Origin: Podospora anserina
Taxonomy: Eukaryota
Assembly (NCBI GenBank): GCA_017654855.1
Contig: CM030332.1
Coordinates: forward strand, 372,001 to 436,000
Direction of reading: 5' to 3'
Length of the DNA stretch: 64,000 bases
Part shown: positions 38,089 to 49,985 of the stretch, piece after piece
Numbering within the stretch: the first letter of the stretch is position 1
How the letters are laid out: each line of letters begins with the position of its first letter
The notes under the pieces: model-generated
Seen by the model: only the letters and a program-made list of their open reading frames with translations
What the model was told of the DNA's origin: nothing
Databases searched by the model: none
Position numbers and translations under genes: made by a program

Positions 38089-39150
38089 TCAAGCCATCAC
38101 AATTCTAGTCATGTTAGATGTCCCAGTACTTGTCGTGCAGTCCCGAGTAGAGTGGGTGTTGAATGTAAGACCACCATGGACACTTCCCGGATCCCAATAG
38201 ACACCAATCCCATGGGCACTATTGTAGATAGTTCCGTTGGTGAAGGTATTCCTAGACCCCACAACTCCCTGCCCCCTGGCGTACTCGGTTGATTGGACGT
38301 TCACATGCACACGGTTCCCGCAGCATGTCGTGAGGGCGGATCCGGTCGCGTGTCCGTTTCCTGAAAAGTCTGAGATGGGTATGGTCCTGCTTTTTCCGAT
38401 GACACAGCAGCCAAGTAGAGTGATTGCTCCGGAGAACACTGCCCCAAACACGGCGCCAGCCACCAATGCTGGACGGGGTGGGCAGATGGGGTGCCCTAGA
38501 TTCTCGGCCATTCTCACAAAAGTGTAGGCGCCGAGGACGTCGAAAGCGATCGAGGTGAATGTGATTGGTACTCGAAACGCTGAGCAACTTGTTAGTATTG
38601 TTCAACCACCTAGCCAACGTGAAGCAACAGGCTGAAGCACCTCCGTAGTAGTAGACGAAACAAAATGACAGAGGTATGGATGCTACAACAGCTGCGATGA
38701 TGAATTGGTTTGGGGCTTGATCTTGAGCAACAAGTTAGCCTTCCCTCTTGTCTCTGCTGTACGGCGTGGGAAAGGCTCACTAGTCCCAAATATGCGATTG
38801 GCTACTGCTACCACTGCGAGAGCGTTGGATCCGATTGAAGTTCCCAACAATGTCATTAGCACAATCAAGGGCGTGTTTTGTGGCACCAGCATAATCAGTC
38901 CAGCGACTGCCATAGCGGCCGCTTTGATGGCTCCCCCGATGGCGGCATGTCGAAGCATGTCCGACGTCAATGGGACGCCCATGGCATTTGCGCCCGCCGC
39001 AGCCGCAGCAACCGCTGCAGCTGTTGTGAGGCCGACATCAAAGATGCGAGTGGCGACGAAGATGGCCACTTGCTCTTCTAGGCCGCGTGGCTTTTGCTGG
39101 CGGAGGGAGTACCGTTGGATCTGGCTGTATACGCACTGGCTAACGGCTTT
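38089..39150 (-). CDS. Hypothetical Ala/Gly-rich membrane protein (spliced; start uncertain)
   Basis: Hydrophobic ORFs 38683-39069 and 38089-38517 on the same strand with GTGAG..CTAAC..AG intron signals between them. Confidence 0.5.
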
Positions 39151-39479
39151 GTATGGAGTTAGTAGGTAGGAAGCACAAAATAGACTCAGAGAAAATCACA
39201 TACCCAAGCTCATTTTTGCTGGTCAAGGCAAACGAATCGCGACAGTGTGGTCGCTGAGGGTTTCCTTTCCAACGAAGAGTTGGTTCGGAAAGTTTAATCA
39301 ACCGCGAACAGGCGCGATGTTCAACCAATATGCCTGAGGCCTCATCCCTACGATATTCAGCCTCATATGGGTTACGAATTCCTCCGTCTTACTCCAAGCA
39401 CTAATAAAGTAATGGTCAACAGGACCCCTAGCGGTGCACTGCCTCGGTCCCCTGAAATTAACATCCCCCCACCCTCGCC

Positions 39480-39626
39480 ACAAAATAGTTAAGACACTAA
39501 AGTAGGTTAAGATGCCTTGAAGGATAGTCGAGAGGCCTTTAAAGATAGTTTATAGGCCTTTAAAAGATAGTTCATAGGCCTTCAAAGATAGTTAACAAGC
39601 CTTGAAACATTATTCAAAGGCCTATT
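39480..39626 (+). repeat. Degenerate 21-22-bp tandem array (consensus ~AGGCCTTNAAAGATAGTTNAN)
   Basis: About 5-6 units, e.g. AGGCCTTTAAAGATAGTTTAT and AGGCCTTCAAAGATAGTTAAC, preceded by ACAAAATAGTT. Confidence 0.85.
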
Positions 39627-39880
39627 TACTTTACTCTTGAGGTTTAGTTCATGGTATGATATGGGTTAGGTAACTTACTTGAGTGTCTCAGTTATTTTGT
39701 GGGTAGCGTGCCCCCCCTCCCCTCTCACCGAACCTCGACAGGGGTAGCATCGTTCGGGAACTCCAGCCAAGACTCAGCCACTCTTCTGCCTGCCGTGCGT
39801 CCATAGACCTCAGGCTGTGAAAACAGCCAAAACGCCCACTCAACTGCCGTATCTCTGTTATGGCAGTGTGATGTGGCACA

Positions 39881-40807
39881 ATGGAGCAAAGCAATCCCGC
39901 AGAAGAGCAATGTCTTATCGACCCAAATCCCGATGTGGTCGGAGTAGGGGTAAGTTCATCTTTCCTTTCCATACTTGCACATTATGTGACTAACCCCCAA
40001 CAGATCCGCGCGTCGTTATACGTGCTCGCGCTCTCATACCACATCTTCAGCTACGTCTTCAACTCAGCCGAGCTCTCTGGCGCTATTGAATCATCCCTCG
40101 GCGTCACCGGCCTTGCCCTTTTCCTGACCGCTGTCATCACGACCGCCACCCAGTCACTCGGGCTCTTCCACGCCCTGTGCGTATTCCACCTGCTTGGCAT
40201 CGTGGGCCTTTCCGCCCATCCTCGTGGGCGATACCCAGGGGGAGTGGTGCGGAGGGTTGTCTTCATGGCGTTCTACGTGGTGGTCATGACGGGATCCTTG
40301 GCATATCTGATCTATGTTTTTGCGACCGCGCCGACATTTGGTGATCAGGCCGAGTGCAACAACACCACGGTGTATGTGCTCTTTGGGGTGAATATCCCCG
40401 CAACAAGTCCTGGTCTGCGCTGGACGCTGGTGGCTGCGCTTTCTCTTTTGCTGCTGGGTTTCGGCTGCTGGCTGCTTTTCGTTGGCTGCATAGCTGTTGA
40501 TGCGATGTTTGGTCGCAAGGTACCCCACGATGTGTTTGGAGCGCAGGATGTGAATCTAGGGAACAACAAGAGCAAACCGCCGCTGTATCAACTTATCAGC
40601 TATTTGGCCGGTACCATATACCTGATTGTGATGCTCGAGTTGACTATCCAGCGGAACGCGCTGGCTCCAGGTCTTGAGGAGTGGAGTTTTGGTCAGATTC
40701 TCGCCATGACCATGCTGATAGGGCCGCTGATCGAGCTTGCTTCACTTCTGTTGGGGAAGATTGATGGTGTTCATGATCACGACTTGGTTCTGGCGTCTGG
40801 AAGGTGA
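39881..40807 (+). CDS. Multi-pass membrane protein of a fungal family with NPD..GxG and WSFGQILA motifs
   Basis: About 7 hydrophobic segments. In-frame intron 39950-40003 (GTAAGT..CTAAC..CAG). Confidence 0.8.
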   Translation: MEQSNPAEEQCLIDPNPDVVGVGVSSSFLSILAHYVTNPQQIRASLYVLALSYHIFSYVFNSAELSGAIESSLGVTGLALFLTAVITTATQSLGLFHALCVFHLLGIVGLSAHPRGRYPGGVVRRVVFMAFYVVVMTGSLAYLIYVFATAPTFGDQAECNNTTVYVLFGVNIPATSPGLRWTLVAALSLLLLGFGCWLLFVGCIAVDAMFGRKVPHDVFGAQDVNLGNNKSKPPLYQLISYLAGTIYLIVMLELTIQRNALAPGLEEWSFGQILAMTMLIGPLIELASLLLGKIDGVHDHDLVLASGR

Positions 40808-40881
40808 AGAGAGAGCGAACACCTGGAGTGTCAGGGCGAAGGAGGTCTGTTTATTATTTCATAGTGAGCTAAGGCTGTCTT

Positions 40882-42001
40882 TTACATCCTGTATTCTTTG
40901 CTTGGGACAAAGATTTTCATTGTGTAAAATCCCGTTGTTTCACACCAGATGTTACCCAAGTCGTATCCTTCTGGAATCGTGATTTTCTTGGCCACCTTCG
41001 CAACAAATGATGGGCCAGAGTATTTATCGTGTCCTTTTACCGGCCCATCAACGCTTTCGAGTTGGGCATATTCTTCGTCGCCAACAAGCCCTTTGATGAA
41101 GGCTTCATTGTAGCCTATCTGCTCCATAGCCACAACCCAGAGATTTTCCTTGGTTGATATATTGGCAAGCGAGATGCGTGTGTCCGTCCAGCTATGGTTG
41201 GCCCGTTCTTGCTGATTGAGGTAAATGTATTCGCACTGGATGTGGAAGTTTGGATAGGCCTTTTCGAGTTCGCAGGTGATAACATACCGAGTCCCGCGGC
41301 AGGTTTTTTCCAGGACAGGCTTGGAAAAGGCCATGTACTGTGGGGGCAAAGCGGTGGCGATAGACGTGGCACCCCTAGCCACCGGGGCAGTCGACGGACC
41401 TGCTTGCCCTTGACCGCCCGTAGATGTGTTGCTCCCTTCTTGAATGGATGGTTGACTGGGTTGCCTCTTCCATGTTTCTAGCGCCTTCCTTGCAACAGCT
41501 GGCGTTCTCGCCATTTCGTAAAGCACCGGGTAACGTGCTGTCTTGATGGCATAGGCCGTTGCTGTTGCCAAATCACTGCGTCAGCAAGTTGCAAGTCAAG
41601 AACAAGGTAAAGTGAGAGCTGCAAGACATACCTCTATCAGAGCTAAATGTTCGTGAGTAACCACCTCTATGTTCCGAACGACTTTGTTTGTTCCGATCTC
41701 TGTCTGCACGGTTTTTTGAGTAGTACAGCAATTGCTGTTGGCCATCTCCTAGTAGATTGGCGTCGTTGTACAAGACAATTCCACTTGTATGACTTCCGAT
41801 CGGAATAACATTGAAGGAAAAATTTCCCTGGATCCCGACCTGTCCTCCCGTTGAGACATGAGCTGGCACAAGAGCCTGTGGTGCTGGGAGTTGTGGAAGC
41901 TCAACATCGGAATCATTATTGAAAGAATCGAAACCGAACCCGGGAGAGGCTAGCATATGAGATGGGACGATGCTAGGGGGTGGATCTAAGAAATAAGCCA
42001 T
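40882..42001 (-). CDS. Hypothetical protein (intron ~41573-41630)
   Basis: Adjacent ORFs 41573-42001 and 40882-41571 with GTATGT..CTGAC..AG signals. Confidence 0.6.
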
Positions 42002-42246
42002 GGTGATCGAGTTGGGCAGATACTGAGGTCAAGTTGTTGTTGCGGAGTCGAGAAAGTAAAAGCCGGTGTCATTGACGGGGTATGGTAGATGTACTGCCAC
42101 CCCCCTGTCAATCTGGGGGCGGGGCATCAGCACTGCCACCAAAGGCTGGAGTGACATGTGGCTTCAAGACATTGTGCATAGGTTTATACCATCAACTTTT
42201 CATCCAAGTTTTGGTCATATATCAAGTAATGACACATAATCTCCCT

Positions 42247-43758
42247 TCAAATAGCTTTGTCTTTGGCTCCAGAAGAATACTTCATGCCGTCCTTGACACT
42301 TCCAAACAGCATTGCCCACACATCCTGCACCCAGTTTGTTCCAGCTTTCCACGGCCCAATACCAGCAACAAGTGGCATCCTTTTCATCGCAGCCCGTGCA
42401 TACGTCGAAGTAAGCGTCATCATAGGCCCAGCTGGCATGGAGGCTCTCTTAGACTCGGGGATGTGAGGGGCGGCAGATGAAGCCCCGGTTTTGTCTTGGT
42501 GCTTGATAACCTTGATCAGGTTCCTTGTCCGCACGTCCACGCCAGGCGTCCAACTGGCAGCGGTGTACCCAGTCAAAAGCCCAGCATTCGGAACGCCCTC
42601 AATCATGCACCCATTCCACACATAGCGCTCCCCCATGGTTTCGTTGACAGGCTTCCCATCCACTGTAACAGCCGTGCTTGACAAAACCTCCATGTGCAAT
42701 CCGGTAGCAGTCACAATAATATCAGCCTCAATCTTCTCGCCGCCAGTCTTGACGATGATGCCGTCACTAGTAACGGTGTCTATGACATCCGTCACAATGC
42801 TGACGCCAGGCTTGTGCAGCGCCTTGAAGAAATCGGCACCCGGACAGAAGCAGAGGCGCTGCTCGAAGGGGTTGTACCGGGGATTGAAGTGCTTCTCGAT
42901 CGCAAACCCTTTTGGCAGCTGTGACTTCATGGCGTCGATGACGAACCTGCGTCCGGCATTGGGAAAGTTGAGAACAAACTGGACAAAGACCGTCTCGAAG
43001 AACATTCTCTGAAACCAGTTGATGGTCACAGCCCAGCTGCGCGGCATCCATTTAGACAAGGTCTTGACCGTCTTGTCTTTTCTCGGAAGGGCGAGCACAT
43101 AGGATGGGCTGCGTTGTAGCATGGTAACCTGCTTGGCCTTTTCTGCGAGGGAAGGCAGAAGGGTGATGGCTGTGGCGCCGGAGCCGATGACGATGATCTT
43201 CTTATCCGCATAGTCGAGGTTCTCGTCCCAGAACTGAGGATGAATCACCTGTCCCTGGAATTTGTCGATCCCGGGGATGGTAGGCGGCAAAACCTTGTCG
43301 TAGCTGTAATAGCCACTGCAGGCAAGCAGCCACCACGCCTTGATCTGCTTCTCTTCTGTGACACCATCTTCACATGTGATTTCCAGTTGAAGCGTCCACT
43401 TTTGCTCTTCAGAACTCCAGTTTGCAGCCTTTACGCGGTGGTGATACCGAATCTTCTTGTCGATGCCTTCGGAAGCAGCGCACTCGGCAATGTACGACTT
43501 GATGGCTTTGGCGCCAGCCATGCTCTCCTCAAAGGGCCACGGTCGCCATGGGAAGCCATATAATGCCATGGTGCTGTCGCTCCGGATGCCTGGATACTTC
43601 CAAAAGTCCCACGTTCCACCCAGAGAATCCCTGGCTTCGAGAATCGCATAACTGTGATTGGGCAGCTGGGTTTGGAGGCGATATGCAGCGTTGATGCCCG
43701 TGAGCCCAGCACCAACGATGACAATGTCGAGCTCCTCGACGGCGGTGGTGTTGGCCAT
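42247..43758 (-). CDS. Flavin-containing Baeyer-Villiger monooxygenase (EthA-like)
   Basis: GAGLTG, GGTW..YPGIRSDS, FQGQVIHPQFW (FxGxxxHxxxW), GSGATA and ATG motifs. Intronless. Confidence 0.92.
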   Translation of the reverse strand: MANTTAVEELDIVIVGAGLTGINAAYRLQTQLPNHSYAILEARDSLGGTWDFWKYPGIRSDSTMALYGFPWRPWPFEESMAGAKAIKSYIAECAASEGIDKKIRYHHRVKAANWSSEEQKWTLQLEITCEDGVTEEKQIKAWWLLACSGYYSYDKVLPPTIPGIDKFQGQVIHPQFWDENLDYADKKIIVIGSGATAITLLPSLAEKAKQVTMLQRSPSYVLALPRKDKTVKTLSKWMPRSWAVTINWFQRMFFETVFVQFVLNFPNAGRRFVIDAMKSQLPKGFAIEKHFNPRYNPFEQRLCFCPGADFFKALHKPGVSIVTDVIDTVTSDGIIVKTGGEKIEADIIVTATGLHMEVLSSTAVTVDGKPVNETMGERYVWNGCMIEGVPNAGLLTGYTAASWTPGVDVRTRNLIKVIKHQDKTGASSAAPHIPESKRASMPAGPMMTLTSTYARAAMKRMPLVAGIGPWKAGTNWVQDVWAMLFGSVKDGMKYSSGAKDKAI

Positions 43759-46310
43759 GGTGTATCTGCTGGTTTTCCGGTGAACCCTTTCGAGGATGTC
43801 AGGGAACTTTTTCTCCTCAAGTAAATTGGGAATTTCGGAGCCGTTCCTGGAGTTCGGATTCGGGGAGCTTCCGATCCTTCCAGGTTCCGATCATCCCCAA
43901 TGGACGGGTTATCGCCGAAGAGGTGGAGCGGTGTGGCACGATCTTAGCCAACCACCGCACTCGCTAAAGCCACGCTAACCAAAACAGGGACCCCCTTGTT
44001 CAGCCCTGCTCCCGTCAGGGGGCGAGACATTCTGGTAACGGATATCTCTTGGCGCTATACTACCACCAGAAAATATGGCCTACGAGAGGGAGGTCGACCT
44101 CGGGCGACGTCTTGTGTGCGGCTTTATTGCCATAGATTGGCGGGTACTACACAGGACGGTTTAGATGTGGATTGACATTCACATGCTGTCGGCAGCATGC
44201 TGCATCAGTTACACACCGCTTTCTCCCAGACCGTCGCAGTGCTCTTGCTTGTCCGGGTCAATATTATTCTGAATCCCAGGGTATCTTAGCTGAGCTGTTT
44301 GGACGAAGGAGACACCTGCCCCACCTCGAGGACAAGATGAGCACTACCTGGCAACCGTTTTGTTTTCTCTCCAAGAGCCCACAGCATGATCCAACTCTGT
44401 TGATGCACCTCGGCATTCGAGACGTTGTTCCGATCGGCTTGTGATCCATGTTCGACATCGGATCGAGACGGCGCTCTAGACTTGGAAATTTCTGTTGTAG
44501 TACATGCGGTATCAGCGGGGACAATTCAGAACAAAGTAACCTGACAGGTTGCACAAAGCGGTGGTGGTGGTGGTGGTGTTGCCAACTCTCTCCTAGATGT
44601 ACGTACCGTTCCCCGCTTGGAGAGAAACAGATAGACTCGTACTTGTCCACACGTTGGGTACCACATGGCTTCAGTCCATGTGCAACAGTAGTCCAGGGGT
44701 AGATAGTCGAGAAGTTGGGTCTTGGTACATTGTCTGATTGTTAGACTGGAGCCGGATGCACTTTCAATTAGGGGCCTGGGTCCAGCACGCCAGACCTATA
44801 CCGCGTGAATCTGGAGGCCTTTTTCCCTAGGCAAGGAAATTGCAGGGCAAGCACGAATCTGCCCTTCCCACACTGGCAAAAGAATTCTTTTGGGTGCCCA
44901 CAACATCAACCATTTCCTTCCAGCAGCATCAACAAAAACTCCAACATCCCATCTACATATTTTTCATCTGTTGTCTCAAGTGCGCGCATACATCTGGTCC
45001 ATTGTCTCTCCTCGTCATGCTCACTGAGCAGCATCACTTGAGAACCTTCCAGGCCACTCTGTAAGTATGTTCAACTCCTGTTTCCTTTCCATCTGGACGT
45101 CGCTAACACTACGAAGAATACCACAGCTCCTCTGTATAACGTCCCCAGAGCTCCGCAACCCTTTCTCGACGTATCATCCGAAACACTAGCACGGATCTCT
45201 TCGCTCGAGGAACCGCCAACTTCACGCCCGAGGACATCCCTGGCAGACCAAGCCACACATATCACCTGACCCTTTGCCTATCCCGTCATAAGTATCTGAC
45301 AAAAGCACCAACACTCTCGTTCTACTGGGCTTCGCTCGGATCGTTCAGCTGATACAATAGCAAGTAGCACGCATTCCTCGCACCTAACTTCCTGTGGTGT
45401 CGTCTTCCATAAGACGCCATTCCTCGAATCCTTACTCTTGGGGGTCGGTTCACTCTCCCAACAGAAATGGCCTCCAGCAATTCTTTCTCCGCCGCTGCTT
45501 TCGCCCCGTCGCGCGATGTGACTCCTTGCCGACCTCTCCCCCTCATTGGGGAAGAGGATATCGAGATGGGTCCGATGGTACGTACAATTTCGGTTTCTTA
45601 AGACGCCTTCGCGGGGACAACATAAAGTCTATCTACCCACTACACCCCTTCTTCGGATGGATTACTTCCAGCTAAGGAATAATTTATTCTCCCTCGCTTA
45701 CAAAAAGCTTCCTTTGCTTTTGTTTATTCCTTTACTCTTTGTTTTCTATACAGTCTTTGCGGCTTCTAGGTGTATTTAATCTTGGTAGATTATCTGAGCT
45801 TTCTGCTCCTTCATCAAGTGGAATGAAACCTGCTCTTTGAAAGTTGGGCTTTCTCATCCGAGCTTTGAGGAGAACCAAGCGGTTTCATTGTCAGTTGCCG
45901 GCAACCCTTTTGTGCTTCTTTTGGGTTTATCTTGGGCGGGAGCAAAAGATGCCACGTGCAATGGAAACGCGTGCTTGTTTAATGGAGACTTGTACTGACT
46001 AGACAAGCAACAGAATCGTCGCCAGCGTCTTCGCGAGCAGGTCACCGCTGGCCTCCGCTCCGTTGCAGAGAAGTGCGGTTTTCGAGAAGCCGTCCCAATT
46101 TGGGCAGGAAGTCTGCTTTTACTCTGTCGCTTCCTGCGCCTTGGCTGTTGCGGTGAGCTATGTGGTACGGGCTTTGATTCAGTAAGTGCCGTTTCACGTC
46201 CTCCCAGCCAGTTCTCACCCATTACAATCTCGGTTTTCAGTTAAACTTGCTAACTAGCTACGTGGATATTATGATGATTGCAGAGCCTTTAAGCCCGACC
46301 CCGGCGATGT

Positions 46311-46643
46311 TTGAGTGAGTGGTCGGGCCAGGCCAGCGCCCCACGCAACTGGATTGCGTCCCTCCTTTCGGAGGATAAGATGAATTCGGAGAAGCAGGCG
46401 TGGAACACCGGTCCCTCGAAGAAGTCCAAGAAGAAGAAGACCGAGGAGGGGGCCAGCGCTCCGAGCAACTGGATTGCCTCACTCCCATCGGAGGAAGAGC
46501 GGATGAAGATAAGGAGGCACTACGCCAAACAACTGGAAAGCGTGGCTCTTCTTCGAGGAGGAACAGACGAAGATGATCCACGAGGAGGAGGCATTGCTTG
46601 GGCACTCTTTGTGATTATATTTGGTAGAGCAGTCCATCACTGA
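46311..46643 (+). CDS. Possible small protein or exon with a duplicated ASAPxNWIASL motif
   Basis: ~45-bp direct repeat at 46331 and 46451, in frame and with mainly codon-preserving differences. No ATG start. Confidence 0.35.
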   Translation: MSEWSGQASAPRNWIASLLSEDKMNSEKQAWNTGPSKKSKKKKTEEGASAPSNWIASLPSEEERMKIRRHYAKQLESVALLRGGTDEDDPRGGGIAWALFVIIFGRAVHH

Positions 46644-46769
46644 TATTGGTGTCTGCACATTCTAGCAAGCGATCTTTGTCAAAACGTTGTTGGACTTTTG
46701 AGGTCCAACTTGCACCCTGACGGATAGCGATCTCCCAGTTTGGGTATTTACCCACACTATTTACCCTTC

Positions 46770-49196
46770 CTACTTCCTGTCCCGCATGATCCCCTTCCCA
46801 GGTTTCAAATTCTCATTACCAAAGTAGAACACCTGAATTGGCACCGTCGTCCCAAACGCCCCGGGGCCACGTACCCGCAAGACCACCTTTCCATCCTCCC
46901 CAACCGGCCCTTCCTCACCAAACTTGGTAATCTCGCCATTGAAGTCCAACACAAGCTGCACCCAACCACCCCTGGCCGACTCCTCTGGTCCTCCCTTGAC
47001 AGTGACCTCGATATCAACGCCCGAACCCTCAAGCCAGTCTGCTGTCACGATTGTCGGGCCCGAAGGCGGTTCCTGGTACCCGTTCGCCGTCAGTGCCCAC
47101 TCCGGCTTTGCCCCCCGGCAGGGAACACAGCCCGGCGGTCCCCAGTACGAGCTATCCGATGGCATCGCTCCCGTGACGAGGTTGCGGTAGGCCCACCACA
47201 TCCTTTGAACGCCTGGCCAAGAGACGGTTGGTGGTGGGCCACCGTTGAAGCCAGTTTCTCGCTCCAGCAGTGCGGGGTGTCGCAGGGAGACGTCAGGTAG
47301 GAGGTCGTTGGACTGGCGCCTGCTCATCCATCGTCTGGGAGTGGTTGCGTTGGACACATGGGGGACAACGTTGGCCCATCCGGCGGTCCAGTTTCGGCTG
47401 GACCAGTAGAACTCATCAATGGTAATGGACCAGAGCTTGCGTTTGCCATTTTCCAAGACGAGTTGGTCGTGGTACATCCCCCCCATCCAGCCGTTGCTCC
47501 CTTGTGTTCTGCTTGTTCCTGTCTGCAGGTTGCGGGTTCGGAGGGTGGCAGAGCGGCCATCGCGAGATACGAGAATCACGGGCTGGAGTCGCCAGTGAAA
47601 GGGTACAGAGGAGCGGAGGGAGGACATGGAGGGGTTGTAGGTGGTGCTGTTTTGGCGGTAGTAGCGGGATGCACAGGAGAGGGAGATCGCGTCGGGGGTG
47701 TAGTACCATCCTATTCCGGGGGATAACTTGTGGCCTCGATCAGAGTGCAACTTGGCAAAGTCTGAGCAGCGAATGTCGTCGATGTAGAAGCCATAGGAGC
47801 CGGAGGTGTTTTCGGATTCGTCATAGGCGGAAGAGCGCAAGAGCAGACGGTGGATGTTGGCAAGTCTGTCTCGCGTTTCCTCTTCTGGTTCTTCCCACGC
47901 CGGATATCGCTTGTAGAATGGCCGCCATTGTACAGGCCGTCGGTTCTCAGTTGATTGGTAATAGGGGGGTAGGACAGGAGGTGGATCTAACGAAGAAGCT
48001 GGCAAGATACCCCCATCTCCCCAGCCGGCGGCATAATCGGCAAAGAGCAGGCGGTGGTATCTCAGGTCTTGGATCTTCCAAGTGCCGGTATCCAGGTCTT
48101 TGACGAGGCTATGGTGGAAAACGCAAAACTGCCATTGACCGGTCTGAGCATTATCATCACCAATCAGGCCAATCTCTAGCCCTCGAGCGACGGCAGTCTT
48201 GTGATCTGGACTGACGTTGACAACAGTGCCAAAGATTGGGTGTTCGTTGAGAATGCCGTGAGACAGCCCTTCTGGACCCATGCGGTTTAGGACAGACTGG
48301 ATGCCTGCAGGTCCAGCCGGTGACGTGTTATTTTGGACGGTGATGGTGCCGTTCGAGGTAAAAAGACTGATAACATCCGGCCACATTCGCCTGTCGACAT
48401 AATACCCCATGCCATGAACAAGATTTCGCACCTCGTCTTCTTCGTTGAGATGGGCAACCCGGTATTCCAGCTCGTCTACGGAAAGGCTAGCGGCGGGTGT
48501 TGATCGACGATTCAATGTGCCAGTGCCCTCCTTCGAACGGCTTGCAGTTCTTCCGGCGTGGAGAAGTGTAACGCCAGCCTGGTCGAGGGTGTAGTGGTAT
48601 GAAATAACAGGGAGCGATCCGTTTAGCCCCAGATTCTTCCAGCCTTTCTCGTAGGTACCTGCGTAGAGAGGGTAGTACCGCAGTAAGGAAATCTTCCATT
48701 TGCCCCCGCTGGACACATATTCGTTCTCGAAAATCCCACCCTCGATCCTAGTCGCGCCTTTGCCGTTGCCGAGTTTCCTCAGTGCTGTCCACCGGCCTTT
48801 TGCAGTGTTGCCGTCGTCCGCAAGCGTTATGACCGGCATGTCGCTCATGAAAACATGGAGAGACCCTGGATTGATCCCGTCCATATCCCCAGCTTCTTGC
48901 TGCAGCCAGTTCTCGATGGCCGGGCGCCCCGTGATAGAACTGGCGTCACTTGTAGAAAGAACGTCTCCAGCCCCTTTGCCCCATCGAAGAATCCCATTCT
49001 CTGCAAACAGACTCGCCATTCCTTTCCAGCGGCCATGCTGCGCCAATTGGGCATATGTCCGTTGGATGTTCTTGATCTCGCGCACAGATTCGACTCGCAG
49101 AAGATCTTGGGTGAGATTCTCGACACTGAGCACGCCAGGGTCGACAGCTAAAGCGATGCCAGCCCAGAGGACCAACGAAATGACGGCGAACTTCAT
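46770..49196 (-). CDS. Secreted protein with about three SnoaL/NTF2-like domains
   Basis: Signal peptide. Three repeats of the EI.NL...YG.Y.D..W..LF...G / H..PVI.V..DG..A..R / W.I pattern. Confidence 0.8.
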   Translation of the reverse strand: MKFAVISLVLWAGIALAVDPGVLSVENLTQDLLRVESVREIKNIQRTYAQLAQHGRWKGMASLFAENGILRWGKGAGDVLSTSDASSITGRPAIENWLQQEAGDMDGINPGSLHVFMSDMPVITLADDGNTAKGRWTALRKLGNGKGATRIEGGIFENEYVSSGGKWKISLLRYYPLYAGTYEKGWKNLGLNGSLPVISYHYTLDQAGVTLLHAGRTASRSKEGTGTLNRRSTPAASLSVDELEYRVAHLNEEDEVRNLVHGMGYYVDRRMWPDVISLFTSNGTITVQNNTSPAGPAGIQSVLNRMGPEGLSHGILNEHPIFGTVVNVSPDHKTAVARGLEIGLIGDDNAQTGQWQFCVFHHSLVKDLDTGTWKIQDLRYHRLLFADYAAGWGDGGILPASSLDPPPVLPPYYQSTENRRPVQWRPFYKRYPAWEEPEEETRDRLANIHRLLLRSSAYDESENTSGSYGFYIDDIRCSDFAKLHSDRGHKLSPGIGWYYTPDAISLSCASRYYRQNSTTYNPSMSSLRSSVPFHWRLQPVILVSRDGRSATLRTRNLQTGTSRTQGSNGWMGGMYHDQLVLENGKRKLWSITIDEFYWSSRNWTAGWANVVPHVSNATTPRRWMSRRQSNDLLPDVSLRHPALLERETGFNGGPPPTVSWPGVQRMWWAYRNLVTGAMPSDSSYWGPPGCVPCRGAKPEWALTANGYQEPPSGPTIVTADWLEGSGVDIEVTVKGGPEESARGGWVQLVLDFNGEITKFGEEGPVGEDGKVVLRVRGPGAFGTTVPIQVFYFGNENLKPGKGIMRDRK

Positions 49197-49985
49197 CTTG
49201 TGTAACTCAATCTCGGCGGCGCATGAACAGCTTCTGGTTGGAGAAATGGGGGCGCCATGGGTACGGTATTTGAGTTCTCTGGATCATCTCCAGCCCTGCA
49301 GAACATGTTGAAGTGCCGGATGGTTGGATCGGGAATATACGAGTTCGCTGTACCCCGCGACGGTCTGTAATTGGATGCTGCACCTCCCGAGTGTTATGGC
49401 TACGGCGAACCTATGAGTTGGGGCTTCATCGAGGCTTTCCGGCTGAAAAGAAGGGCAGGGCGGTAGCCAACCAGCAAAGGAGGCCGGTCCGATCCGCGTT
49501 TTGACATGCACGTGTAATAAGTAACATGCATCTATTGGTGCTATAAGATTGGTAACACAGTTGAGGGGATGGTGGTGATGAAATCGAAATATTGAAGAGA
49601 CCTGATGGCCACTTGAGACTAGTTAATGATGCGAAGAGGAAGGGAAGCCACGACTGGTGGAGGCATTTCAGCATCATTCGTCGGTCTGGACTCTGGAGCA
49701 AACACTCCTGCCTGCAGTGCTGCCTCTCAAAACCAGGGAATGTCCCGTTTTCGAGACAGCACTAGGACTAAACGGATCAGGCGGCCCGAAATTAAAAAAG
49801 ATCCGATAGGGTACCACCCCGGCGACGGCGTTTGGTGATATTATATCCGACCGACTCGTTCTGCTTTAAATTCGACGTCCCTCCCAGATTTTGTTAACCT
49901 CCAACATACGCTCGTTTCTAGCTGTTACAAACTCAGTATTACACTCCTTTAGCACCACAGTCACTCTTTATATTTGCTTGACACA

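Noticed and set aside
39480-39626. CRISPR-like interpretation of the 21-bp arrays and the 51-bp repeat
   Set aside because: Eukaryotic context, contiguous degenerate units without unique spacers, and no cas genes.
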